A stretch of 24,154 nt of DNA. It comes from Gemmatimonadota bacterium. GTDB taxonomy: Bacteria; Latescibacterota; UBA2968; UBA8231. Numbering within the stretch: the first letter of the stretch is position 1; every line of letters starts with the position of its first letter. The position numbers were made by a program, and so were the translations under genes. Below the pieces are notes generated by a model. It did not search any database and was not told the DNA's origin. It worked only from the letters and a program-made list of their open reading frames with translations. Of this stretch, positions 9,063-17,913 are shown in pieces. The stretch covers positions 4,677-28,830 of the forward strand of contig JAYPJE010000048.1 of the NCBI GenBank assembly GCA_038128265.1, given 5' to 3'.

Positions 9063-9238
9063 TGCACGCACTCCTCTCGACACATCTATGACGTCTGTAC
9101 ACACAAGTCCATTGCCGTAATTTATCGACGCTATTGCCGGATTGCTTTTGCGGATTTTAGCGATGGGACAGCCGCCCGGGGCATGCCACACGCAGGGGAT
9201 GAAAGCGCGGCGCGACGCGGCGATGGCCGCGAACCGCC

Positions 9239-10195
9239 CTATTTCTGCAGTCGCTCCCTGAAGTTTTCTAGCGTTGCCTTCAGTCCATCAATGCGATCCA
9301 CTTTGGGCGCCCAACCGAGGATGGTGCGGGCGCGCGTAGTGTCCGGCTGGCGAATCTTGGGATCGTCCTCAAAGCCGGCCGGCAGCGGCTGATAGGTGAT
9401 CTCGCTCTTATTGCCCGTCAGTTCGAGAATCTCCTCGGCCAGCTGCTTGATCGAAATCTCGACCGGGTTGCCAATGTTGACCGGCATGACTTCATCACTC
9501 ATCAACAGCAGCCACAGACCGTCGACCAAATCGCTGACAAATTGGAAGCTGCGCGTCTGGCTGCCGTCTCCATAAATGGTGATGTCTTCGCCGAGTATGC
9601 CCTGACGCATGAAGTTGGGCAGACCGCGGCCATCGTCCAGGCGCATGCGCGGACCGTATGTGTTAAAGATGCGCACGATGCGCGTCTCGACGCCGTGCGT
9701 GCGGTGATAGGCCATAACCATGGCCTCGGCAAAGCGCTTAGCTTCGTCGTATACGCCGCGGTAGCCAATGGGATTGACGTTGCCCCAGTACGACTCTTTT
9801 TGCGGGTGTTCCAGCGGATCGCCGTACACTTCCGATGTGGAAGACAGCAGCAGCCGAGCCCCTTTGGCCAGCGCCAGCCCCAGCGCGTTGTGCGTGCCCA
9901 GCGAACTCACCTTGAGCGTCTGGATGGGCATCTTCAGGTAGTCAGCCGGCGAAGCGGGCGATGCAAAGTGCATTATGTAGTCGAGGCGGCCGGGAAAATC
10001 AATGTAGCGGGTGATATCGTGCTCGATCAGCTCAAAGCGGGGATGATCCAATAGGTGTGCTATATTTCCACGCGAGCCGGTGAGAAAGTTATCCATCACT
10101 ACAACTCTGTGTCCCTCGGCCAGAAACCGGTCGCTCAGATGCGAACCCAAAAAGCCGGCACCGCCGGTTATAAGGGTAACGGGTGTATCGGACAC
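9239..10195 (-). CDS. uxs: UDP-glucuronate decarboxylase (UDP-xylose synthase) family extended SDR
   Basis: [75 protein letters not shown]. Confidence 0.92.
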   Translation of the reverse strand: MSDTPVTLITGGAGFLGSHLSDRFLAEGHRVVVMDNFLTGSRGNIAHLLDHPRFELIEHDITRYIDFPGRLDYIMHFASPASPADYLKMPIQTLKVSSLGTHNALGLALAKGARLLLSSTSEVYGDPLEHPQKESYWGNVNPIGYRGVYDEAKRFAEAMVMAYHRTHGVETRIVRIFNTYGPRMRLDDGRGLPNFMRQGILGEDITIYGDGSQTRSFQFVSDLVDGLWLLLMSDEVMPVNIGNPVEISIKQLAEEILELTGNKSEITYQPLPAGFEDDPKIRQPDTTRARTILGWAPKVDRIDGLKATLENFRERLQK

Positions 10196-10249
10196 TGCAC
10201 ATCCTTTCCAATCGGCAGAAGTGCTTCTGCGCGTGCAATTTTTACTGCG

Positions 10250-11458
10250 CTAGCTCCACGCACCCGACGGCGCGCCGCTGCGCTCAATCATGCGCTCCAG
10301 TGTCAGCAGGTTGCGCATCACGCAGCGCGGATGGTGGTAGTTTTCCTTGCGCGTGACGTGCTCGACAAAGCGCACGTTGCGATCGCCGCTGTACAAGTAG
10401 AGCGGAAAACCGTGCTGCTGGAGCGAAAAGCGCGCTTCGACGTAGTCAAAGGTGCGCTCAAACCACTGCGCCGGCCAGTCCCAATCGGTGTGCTCGAGTA
10501 GAATCAGACAGCCGATCATCACTTCTTCCTGCAACCACAGCACTTTGTCGTACTCGTAGGCGCCGTGCACGTCCAAGGCGCGCAAAAAGCCGCCGTAGAC
10601 ATCGTCCCAAGATACTTCTAGGTGGCGGCGAAAGCGCTCGGCGGCCAAGTCGAAAAGGTGTCGATCGCCGCGGCGCAGCGCCTCGGGCATCAGCATCCAC
10701 AGCGTCTCAATGGCGTGACCCAAGTAGATAAAGGACTCGTTGGCGTCGTCCGGGCGCGAGTAGTCGTGGGCCAATACTTCGTTCATCAGACCGTACTCGG
10801 GATTCCAGTACTTGTGAACGATCGCATCGACCACGCGATCGGCGAGCGCCTCTAAGCGCTCGTCCTGCACCTGCTCCAGCATCTGGGTGAGGATTAGAAT
10901 GAGCACCATATGGCTGCCCAAAGGCCGCTGCCCTTTGTAGCCGAGCGGGATATAGCCCTCGTCGACGGAGCGCTCGGGGTCGTCAAACAGCGCTAGCCCA
11001 CGCCACAGCGCCTGCTGTGCCACCTGCATGGCCTCTTCGTCGCCCGTAGCGTGCGCATAGGCCTGCATCCCCTCGGCCACAAAAAGCGTCGCATAGCCGC
11101 GCGGTGTCGCCGGCGATTCGACTTGACCCGTGCGCGTCAGGCTCTGCACCCAATCGCCGCTCTCGTCGCGGCCGTGGCGCAGCAGAAACTCTTTCGCCTT
11201 GCGCGCTACTTCCAGATTTTCTTCGCCGCCAAAATGGCGGTAGAGGTAGGAGTAGGTCCACAGGCCGCGCCCCTGATACCACATGTATTTGCTATCGCTC
11301 GAACGCGTGCCGTCGTGGTCGATGGCGCACATAAAGCCGCCCAGCTCGCGATCAATGCCGTGGCGCTGCCAGAAAGGCAGATACTCTTCAAACAGGTAGC
11401 GCCGATAGTGATCGCGCAGCGCTTCTAGACTGTGTCGTCCTATGTGTGTTCGCGTCAT
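10250..11458 (-). CDS. AGE-family (N-acylglucosamine 2-epimerase-like) epimerase/isomerase
   Basis: LPFWQRHGIDRELGGF, KYMWYQGRGLWTYS, HM, GHAIETLW, WDDVYGG, KVLWLQEE, YHHPR. Confidence 0.88.
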   Translation of the reverse strand: MTRTHIGRHSLEALRDHYRRYLFEEYLPFWQRHGIDRELGGFMCAIDHDGTRSSDSKYMWYQGRGLWTYSYLYRHFGGEENLEVARKAKEFLLRHGRDESGDWVQSLTRTGQVESPATPRGYATLFVAEGMQAYAHATGDEEAMQVAQQALWRGLALFDDPERSVDEGYIPLGYKGQRPLGSHMVLILILTQMLEQVQDERLEALADRVVDAIVHKYWNPEYGLMNEVLAHDYSRPDDANESFIYLGHAIETLWMLMPEALRRGDRHLFDLAAERFRRHLEVSWDDVYGGFLRALDVHGAYEYDKVLWLQEEVMIGCLILLEHTDWDWPAQWFERTFDYVEARFSLQQHGFPLYLYSGDRNVRFVEHVTRKENYHHPRCVMRNLLTLERMIERSGAPSGAWS

Positions 11459-11495
11459 ATTTCGCTCCCCAACAGAGACCGTACCGCACAGCGCG

Positions 11496-11990
11496 CTAGC
11501 GGGGCTCTCGCCCCTTGTGCTCTAGAACCTTTTTCGTCAGTTCGTCTACTACGCACTCTATCGTCTGTTTGCCGATGGCCCACTCGCCAATTTCGTAGTA
11601 GAACGTCAGGTCCTGTTCGGCAGCAGAGCGGTTTAACTCATCCATCTTTTGCTGGGCGATGGCCATGTCCGAATCGAATAGGATGACGATCTCATCACCC
11701 GAGTACCAGCGCGCGACAACATCGCTGCGGCGGAAAGGAACGGAGAACATTTCCTTGACGCGGCGATCCACTTCGCTATAGCCCAGCTGTTCGTTCAGGT
11801 CGTGTATGCGGTTCAGATCGATAAAGGCCACACAGCGCGTAGCGCGCGGCATCACGTGGCAAAACTGCAGAAAGGCCTCGCGGGTCCACATGCCAAAAGA
11901 ACTATCCCAGCTCAGTTCCTCAACTCGTCGACGCAGTTCGCCAATTTCGGCATCAAAGCCAAAAAGCCTGCCAACTAAATCTCTTAACAT
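11496..11990 (-). CDS. Small divergent GGDEF-like protein
   Basis: Short coiled coil, then WDSSFGMWTREAF (equivalent to DxLTGLxNRxxF), VAFIDLN, LNEQLGYSEVD, RRSDVVARWYSGDEIVILF. Confidence 0.75.
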   Translation of the reverse strand: MLRDLVGRLFGFDAEIGELRRRVEELSWDSSFGMWTREAFLQFCHVMPRATRCVAFIDLNRIHDLNEQLGYSEVDRRVKEMFSVPFRRSDVVARWYSGDEIVILFDSDMAIAQQKMDELNRSAAEQDLTFYYEIGEWAIGKQTIECVVDELTKKVLEHKGREPR

Positions 11991-12042
11991 ACCCAATCGT
12001 TCTCTAACGGGCTTCCGCGAGACAAACTGCTCAGGAGACTAT

Positions 12043-12071
12043 AGTATAGCGCGATAAAAAAGGCCGCTCAA
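12043..12071 (-). promoter_or_regulatory. Putative sigma70-type promoter for the GGDEF-like gene
   Basis: Minus strand reads TTGAGC (12071-12066), N17, TATACT (12048-12043). Confidence 0.5.
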
Positions 12072-12080
12072 GCAGCGGCC
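12056..12080 (-). terminator. Rho-independent terminator after the sugar kinase
   Basis: Minus strand GGCCGCT-GCTTG-AGCGGCC (perfect 7-bp stem) followed by TTTTTT, 14 nt after the kinase stop codon. Confidence 0.75.
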
Positions 12081-12094
12081 AGTGATCCGCTTGC

Positions 12095-13456
12095 TCAGAG
12101 CGCGCATGCAGCCGGCCCGGGTCGCGATGCGAAATAGCTGGCCGACTGCGCCGCCTGTGGATGGGCTTCTGCATAAGCCGCCTGCCAGGCGCGGTTGAAC
12201 TCGTCGGCGCGGTCTCGCTCGACCAGCGCCCACACGCCGCCGCCGAATCCGGCGCCAAAGGCCGACGCCGCTAGGGCGCCTTCGCGACGGGCCAAGCGCG
12301 CCATGTCTGCCGTCTCCGCAATCTGGTTGCCCAGAACATCGACGCCGTGCTGCTGCGAGCGGTCGACCTGACGACCAAATTCTGCCAGATCGCCACCGCG
12401 CAGCGCCGCGGACGCCGCGTCGATAATCTCTCCGTCCTCGATCAAAAAATGCTGCAGGCGCCGCTGCAGCGCTTCCGGCGCATAGGGTCCTTCGGCAGTC
12501 GCTCCCAGCGCGCTTTGCAGCCGCTCTGCGGCGCGCGGCTCTGAGCGCAGCACGTCGGCCAGATACACCTGGCTTTCGCCCGTGGCAGCACGCCACGCGT
12601 CGACGATGGCCCCCACCTGCAGCGCCGCCCGATTATATAGGTCCTGAGCCGCCCCGGTCTTTTCGGCAACCACCCCGCAAAAACCGACGGAGAACGCGTA
12701 CTCCTCCGGCACGGCAATGCGCTGCTCCAGGCGCGCCGGACAGTAGGCAAACTGCCCCAGCTGGCCCGGCTCCGAGCATAGAATAGCCGTATGGTCCTCG
12801 CTGCCGCCAAAGGTACCGACGCCGCGATCGCCCGTCAGGCCGCCAAAGCTCTGGCCGTTCTCGACCGTGCCCAAGTAGGCGGCTAGCTCTAAATCGCTCC
12901 CGATGTGCTGGCGGTACTCGGCGCGCGCCGATAGGTCGTTGCCCGCCGCCAGTACGAGGTAGGTCGCCACCATAAACGCGCTCGAACTGCTCATGCCCGC
13001 CGCGACGGGCAGGTCGCTCAAAAAGGCGATATCGGCCCCGCGCAGCGCGCCAAAGTTGCGCACTAGACGCCGCATCACCGTCATGGGATAGTTGGTCCAG
13101 CCGCTTTCGGGCACGTCCATGTGCGCATCCAGCGCGCATTCGAGCCGCTCGTTGATACCGACGGCCGTTACCGTTACCCGCGCATCGGCGCGCGGCACGG
13201 CCACCATGCAAAAACCGCGTTCCACGGCGGCGACGATACTGCGCCCACCCGCGTAGTCGGTGTGCTTACCCAAAACTTCTATGCGACCCGGAACAAAGTA
13301 GGCGTGCACGGTGGCTGACCCGCCCGCTCCGCCCCCCTGCAGCGCCTCGGCCGCGCGCGCAAAGAGCCGGGCTTTAGCAAGCGCTTCGCGCGGCGACAGG
13401 CCGGCCCGCTCTAACGGCTCACTCGCCCGCCCTTCCATCAGCTCTGAAAGCGTCAT
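12095..13456 (-). CDS. Galactokinase-family (GHMP) sugar-1-kinase
   Basis: PGRIEVLGKHTDYAGG, WTNY, PVAAGMSSSSA, GGSEDH, SAFGAGFGG. ATG 13456 overlaps the upstream TGA (ATGA). Confidence 0.88.
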   Translation of the reverse strand: MTLSELMEGRASEPLERAGLSPREALAKARLFARAAEALQGGGAGGSATVHAYFVPGRIEVLGKHTDYAGGRSIVAAVERGFCMVAVPRADARVTVTAVGINERLECALDAHMDVPESGWTNYPMTVMRRLVRNFGALRGADIAFLSDLPVAAGMSSSSAFMVATYLVLAAGNDLSARAEYRQHIGSDLELAAYLGTVENGQSFGGLTGDRGVGTFGGSEDHTAILCSEPGQLGQFAYCPARLEQRIAVPEEYAFSVGFCGVVAEKTGAAQDLYNRAALQVGAIVDAWRAATGESQVYLADVLRSEPRAAERLQSALGATAEGPYAPEALQRRLQHFLIEDGEIIDAASAALRGGDLAEFGRQVDRSQQHGVDVLGNQIAETADMARLARREGALAASAFGAGFGGGVWALVERDRADEFNRAWQAAYAEAHPQAAQSASYFASRPGPAACAL

Positions 13457-14262
13457 AGCGCCACCTCCACATCGCCCAACAAGCGCGCCACCGACTCGAC
13501 GTCGCCCTGATTCGACAGATCCAGCACGGCGGCTTGGCATATCCGCATGGCAAAGCGCACGCCGAGATGGTCAATGGCGTATTGGACGGCATCCGGCAGC
13601 TCAAACTCTCCGCGCGCCGACGGCCCGATTGCTCGACAGGCGGCAAAGATCCGCGCATCAAAGCGCCAGCAGTTCATGCTAACGCCTAGCGGCCCCCGCA
13701 GTGTCTCTACCGTCGCGTCGTCGGGTTTTTCGACAATGCGCTGCAGCACGCCGTCGGCATCCGCCTCGGCGAGGGCAAATTTGAGTATGCGCTCTGCGGG
13801 TATATTGCCCTCGGCAATCATACTGTCGCGCGCGAAGACGGCCAGGCCCGGGCCCTCCAACGCGCGCAGGCTGGACAGCGCTGATACTGGGTAGTAATTG
13901 TCGGAATTGACCACGGCAAACTCTTCGCCGGCGGCAAACTCTTCGGCGGCCAGTACGGCGTCGGCCGTGCCGCGCGGCTCGTGCTGCACGGCGAATTCTA
14001 TCTTTAGGCGTCGACAGTCTAACTCCTGCGCGCAATAATTCCGCAGCGCATCGTGTTCGGGGCCGATAACCAGGCAGATGCGGCGATAACCAGCCTCGGC
14101 TAGCGCCCCCAGCGCATAGTCGAGAAAGGGACGTCCGATCGGTATCAGCGCCTTGATGCCCGTGGATGCAACGGCCGACTGCTGTGCGTCCAACTTCGCC
14201 TGCGGATTGGTCGCGCGCATGCGCGTTCCCAGCCCGCGGGCCATGATTACGGCTTTGTCCAT
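13453..14262 (-). CDS. Sugar-1-phosphate nucleotidyltransferase (NTP_transferase family)
   Basis: KAVIMARGLGTRM, KALIPI, QHEPRGTADAV, VNSDN, IVEKP, GEFELPDA. Confidence 0.9.
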   Translation of the reverse strand: MDKAVIMARGLGTRMRATNPQAKLDAQQSAVASTGIKALIPIGRPFLDYALGALAEAGYRRICLVIGPEHDALRNYCAQELDCRRLKIEFAVQHEPRGTADAVLAAEEFAAGEEFAVVNSDNYYPVSALSSLRALEGPGLAVFARDSMIAEGNIPAERILKFALAEADADGVLQRIVEKPDDATVETLRGPLGVSMNCWRFDARIFAACRAIGPSARGEFELPDAVQYAIDHLGVRFAMRICQAAVLDLSNQGDVESVARLLGDVEVAL

Positions 14263-14275
14263 TTGTTCCCTGTTT

Positions 14276-15268
14276 TTACGGAGCGCGGAAACGCCCACCG
14301 CCGTCGGCGTCCACCAGTTCTAGGGTCGCTGCACCGCGGTCGTCCATGTGCAGCGTCGCGCGCGTGTGCCCTTCGGCATCGTAGAGATCCAAGCGCGGCC
14401 GACCGTCCTTGCGCGCACCGAGTCCGGCGCGAAAACGCTGCTGGCCGTCCAGCAAGCCCATCCAGGCCAAGCCCTCCTGCAGGACGCCAACCATCGTTCG
14501 CGTGCATCCATCTTCGTCGCGCAGCTCGAGCAGGCACATGCCGTCGTCGCGCACGCGCAGCGAGGCGCGCGGGCGGCCGTTGGCATCCTGTAGCTTGAGC
14601 TCGGGTGCGCCCTGTTCGCCGAGGCCCTGCTGCAGGCGAATGCGGCCGCTGGCATCCATAAAGCTGAGCAGCATGCGGCCGTTATCCGTCGTTCCCAAGC
14701 CCACGCGCGGCACCCCGTCGGCATCGTAAAAACCCAACCCCGGCGCGCCGTCTTCTCCCAGCGCCCAGCTGGCGCGCTCGCACCCATCGGCATCGCACAG
14801 CTCGACGCGCGGCACGCCGTCGTTGCCCACCAGCAGGCGCAGGCGCGGCCGGTTTGCCGTGTCGGACACAACCAGTCCACCGCCGTCGTCGATATCCAAG
14901 CCGAGCCGCAGGCGGCCATAGCCGCGCGCGTCGCGCAGTTCAATGCCCCGCTCGGCAGAAATATGGACGCGCTCGCGTCCGCTGCTATCGCGCAGCACCA
15001 ATGCGCGGCCGCTCAGCGCGGTTGGACGCAGTCTGCGCCAAACCATGTACAGCGAACCTAGCAGCACAACGGCCAACCCACCCAAATACAGCATGCGCTC
15101 CAAGGCCTGCAGGCGTTGGGTCAGGTCGAGGAGCGCTTGTTCTGTTCCCTGCGGCAGCGCCGCGGCGCTCTCCTGCTGCGCCCAGGTAATCTCCACCGAT
15201 GCGAGGCACGCAAACGACGCACCGGCGGCCACGAGCAGCGCCCATTGTACGGTGCGATTGATCAACAT
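14276..15268 (-). CDS. Membrane-anchored hypothetical protein with ~11 beta-type 23-aa repeats
   Basis: N-terminal hydrophobic/signal segment, coiled coil (LLDLTQRLQALERML), TM helix (YLGGLAVVLLGSLYMVW), then repeated L-x-L-x-D-x-x-G-x-x-R units. Confidence 0.75.
   Translation of the reverse strand: MLINRTVQWALLVAAGASFACLASVEITWAQQESAAALPQGTEQALLDLTQRLQALERMLYLGGLAVVLLGSLYMVWRRLRPTALSGRALVLRDSSGRERVHISAERGIELRDARGYGRLRLGLDIDDGGGLVVSDTANRPRLRLLVGNDGVPRVELCDADGCERASWALGEDGAPGLGFYDADGVPRVGLGTTDNGRMLLSFMDASGRIRLQQGLGEQGAPELKLQDANGRPRASLRVRDDGMCLLELRDEDGCTRTMVGVLQEGLAWMGLLDGQQRFRAGLGARKDGRPRLDLYDAEGHTRATLHMDDRGAATLELVDADGGGRFRAP
14279..15001 (-). repeat. Intragenic degenerate 69-bp (23-aa) tandem repeats
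   Basis: Example units: VELCDADGCERASWALGEDGAPG / LGFYDADGVPRVGLGTTDNGRML / LKLQDANGRPRASLRVRDDGMCL / LDLYDAEGHTRATLHMDDRGAAT. Confidence 0.85.
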
Positions 15269-15348
15269 AGGAGCTTTCTCTATTATGCAATGCAATGATG
15301 ATACAACCTGCTTTCTATCCCGGCAAGCACGCCGTTTGGAGCTAGCGC

Positions 15349-17316
15349 ATGTCGCTCACGTTTGACCTCTCTCTACTGCCCGATGCAGCGCACCAGTTCG
15401 TCGTAATCTCCGACACGCATTACATGATTGATCCCGGCAACGCACCGCTGGAATTTGAATCGCGCCGCCACCAGAGCGCCCGTGCGCTCGTCGCACTACA
15501 GACGGCGGCGGCGCTGCCCCGCGACGTGGCCGTTCACTTAGGCGACTTGGTGCAAGAGTACCCCGATACGCCCCTCTTTGCGCGGGCGCTGGACGAAGCG
15601 CTAGACCAACTGCGCGCCAGCGGCCTTGCACCCCACCACGTGGCCGGCAACCACGACGTCGGCGACAAACCCGATGCATCCATGCCAACGCACCCGACAG
15701 ACGATGCCAGCCTCGAGACCTACCAGCGCCGCTTCGGCCCTTCGCACTACGCCTTTGACTGCGGCCCGCTGCGCGCCATCGTCCTCAACTCACAGACGCT
15801 GAACACGCCTTACTGCGCCGAGCAGCGCACCTTTTTTGAGCGCGAGCTAGCCGAGCACGCCGATCGACGCCTCGTCGTGTTTCTCCATCTGCCGCCCTAC
15901 CTGTGGGATGCGAACGAACCCCACCTGGGCCACTACGACAACATCGGCGAGCCGGACCGCACTTGGCTACTCGACCTGCTCGTAGCGCACCGGGTAGAGA
16001 TGCTCTTTTGCGGCCACGTGCACTTTGCCTTTTACGATCGCCTGCGCGATACGCGCATAGCGGTTGTGCCCTCGACATCTTTTACTCGTCCCGGCTTTGG
16101 CCATCTATTTGCCAGCGCTCCGGCATCGGAGCAAGGGCGCGACGACCGCGAGAAACTGGGGTTTTACTTTTGCCGGCTCGTCGACGACCGCATTGACCTC
16201 CACCTCGTGCGGACAGAAGGCCAAGAGAGCCTACGAGCGGACGAGACGCGCTTCTTGACGCGCACGTCGGCCGCCCTTCAGGGCGCGCCGCTGGGATGGA
16301 CGCTGACCCACGCCCTCTGCCCGACGGCGCAGGTGCCGATCGCGTTTCCCTCCGTAGTGCGCCAGCGCGTGCGCAACGACTACCCCTTCCTGTCCATTCT
16401 GGAAATGGGTGCAACCTGCGCGCGCGCGCCGTCGACCGACTTAGGCGACCCGCTGCAAAACCGCCGCCTGCAGATGCTGCGCGCCGAGGGCGTGCGCGTA
16501 CAGGCCTTTGTAGCCTATGATGACAGCGTCGACCTACACGCGCTGCTCGACAACCATCCCAACGCGGCCAACGCGTGGGAGGTACAGCTGGCCGGCAACC
16601 CGTGGCCGAGCGAGCGCTGTTTGGCGCATCTGGCCGACTGCCGGCGCCGCACGCCGCTGGCGCTGTGTCCCGTGCTGCCCGGACAGAACGTCTACGGCAA
16701 GCAGCACCCGCGCACGCGCATCGGCTATCGCGTTGACGAACTGGTCGAACTAAACGCGCGGCTCGCCCAGAGCGACCTGCGCATCGAAAGCGTCTGCTGC
16801 CGCATCGACGGCGACGGGCAGCCCATCGAAAGCGTGGACGCCTATCGAGCCTTGCCCTCTCTTTCGCACATTGGACGGGTGGACTGGCTGCTGAGCCTGC
16901 CGCACCTCGATGACGAGGCGCATGCCCTGCTGGCCTGTCGCGCGCTCTTTGCCGCCGCCGCGCTGCCCGACGGCTACCTCTTTGTCGATCCGCCGCAGGA
17001 TCTGGACCGCACCATGGACGCGTGCCACGGCCTGCTCGATACGCGCTGCAATCCGCGCCCGGCCTTTCACGCTCTGCGCTCGCTCAACACGCTGCTGCAC
17101 GTCTATCGAGGCGAGGGCTATACGCGCCCAGAGGGCGTCTACAGTATGCGTTCATCGCAGGGCTGTATTGAACTGCTGTCTGCCAACCAGGAACCATCGC
17201 ACCGCGGTGAGGATATGCGATGGTACAATCTAGTTAACGGCACGGTGGGAAAGGGATATGATAGGGGAGATACAAATGCTGAACGGGCCCTTCAAATGTA
17301 TTGGTCAAGCCCATAG
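15349..17316 (+). CDS. Calcineurin-like metallophosphoesterase with large C-terminal domain
   Basis: All five MPP motifs in the first ~230 aa: ISDTH, HLGDLV, AGNHDVG, FLHLP, CGHVH. GGAG RBS upstream. Confidence 0.85.
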   Translation: MSLTFDLSLLPDAAHQFVVISDTHYMIDPGNAPLEFESRRHQSARALVALQTAAALPRDVAVHLGDLVQEYPDTPLFARALDEALDQLRASGLAPHHVAGNHDVGDKPDASMPTHPTDDASLETYQRRFGPSHYAFDCGPLRAIVLNSQTLNTPYCAEQRTFFERELAEHADRRLVVFLHLPPYLWDANEPHLGHYDNIGEPDRTWLLDLLVAHRVEMLFCGHVHFAFYDRLRDTRIAVVPSTSFTRPGFGHLFASAPASEQGRDDREKLGFYFCRLVDDRIDLHLVRTEGQESLRADETRFLTRTSAALQGAPLGWTLTHALCPTAQVPIAFPSVVRQRVRNDYPFLSILEMGATCARAPSTDLGDPLQNRRLQMLRAEGVRVQAFVAYDDSVDLHALLDNHPNAANAWEVQLAGNPWPSERCLAHLADCRRRTPLALCPVLPGQNVYGKQHPRTRIGYRVDELVELNARLAQSDLRIESVCCRIDGDGQPIESVDAYRALPSLSHIGRVDWLLSLPHLDDEAHALLACRALFAAAALPDGYLFVDPPQDLDRTMDACHGLLDTRCNPRPAFHALRSLNTLLHVYRGEGYTRPEGVYSMRSSQGCIELLSANQEPSHRGEDMRWYNLVNGTVGKGYDRGDTNAERALQMYWSSP

Positions 17317-17324
17317 AGAAATGG

Positions 17325-17374
17325 TTGAGTAGCATTAATGGGTTGACCACTCATTTTAATTTATTACTCATTAA
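17325..17374. promoter_or_regulatory. AT-rich operator-like cluster of ACTCA(TT) half-sites upstream of the PNPOx-cyclase operon
   Basis: TTGAGTA 17325-31, AATGGGT 17337-43, ACTCATT 17349-55, ACTCATT 17366-72. Confidence 0.5.
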
Positions 17375-17430
17375 GCGGCAGAGTTGGTTATCTGAACAGC
17401 GAACAGCACGTCAATAGATAGGAGTGTACT

Positions 17431-17913
17431 GTGAGCGAACTAGACCTATCATCACAGCCAGAAGTCCTGGCCTTGTTTGATGGTCCCGTATCGATTGTGG
17501 TCGGCTCAAGTAGCGAGCATAAGCGGCCTCATTTCGCGCGGGCCCAGGGTATTCGATCCGGCGAAAAGGCGAACGACGTCGTTGTGTTTATTCCCGAAGT
17601 TACGGCTCATTCTATTCTGAGCGATGTACAGGAGAATGACCATATTGCTGTCACCGTTGGTGATATCAGCAACTTCGAAACGCGCCAGTTCGTCGGTGTA
17701 TGTACGCGCGTAGAGCAAGCTAGTGATAGCGACCTCGATCTCTGTGATACAATGCTCGCGCGCTCCGGAGAAATCGTTGCCATGTTTTTCGGGGAAGAAG
17801 GCGCGGAGGGCTGGAAGCGCATGGTCACGCGCCCGGCAAAAGCTTTTCACATTCAAGTTCTCAACGTGTACGACCAAACGCCCGGAAATCGCGCAGGAGT
17901 AAAGCTCTTATGA
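17431..17913 (+). CDS. Pyridoxamine 5'-phosphate oxidase-like (FMN-binding split barrel) protein
   Basis: AGGAG RBS before GTG. GPVSIVVGS...PHFARAQG...NDHIAVT...ETRQFVG...VYDQTPGNRAG matches a PNPOx-related subfamily ending in QTPG. Confidence 0.7.
   Translation: MSELDLSSQPEVLALFDGPVSIVVGSSSEHKRPHFARAQGIRSGEKANDVVVFIPEVTAHSILSDVQENDHIAVTVGDISNFETRQFVGVCTRVEQASDSDLDLCDTMLARSGEIVAMFFGEEGAEGWKRMVTRPAKAFHIQVLNVYDQTPGNRAGVKLL

Noticed and set aside
9110..9157. Short repeats ATTGCCG / TTGC(C)GGATT upstream of the lipoprotein gene
   Set aside because: Short and irregularly spaced, so they cannot be distinguished from chance without comparative data.
14279..15001. Periodic sequence as a CRISPR array
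   Set aside because: The periodicity is at protein level within an ORF. There are no identical DNA repeats or cas genes.
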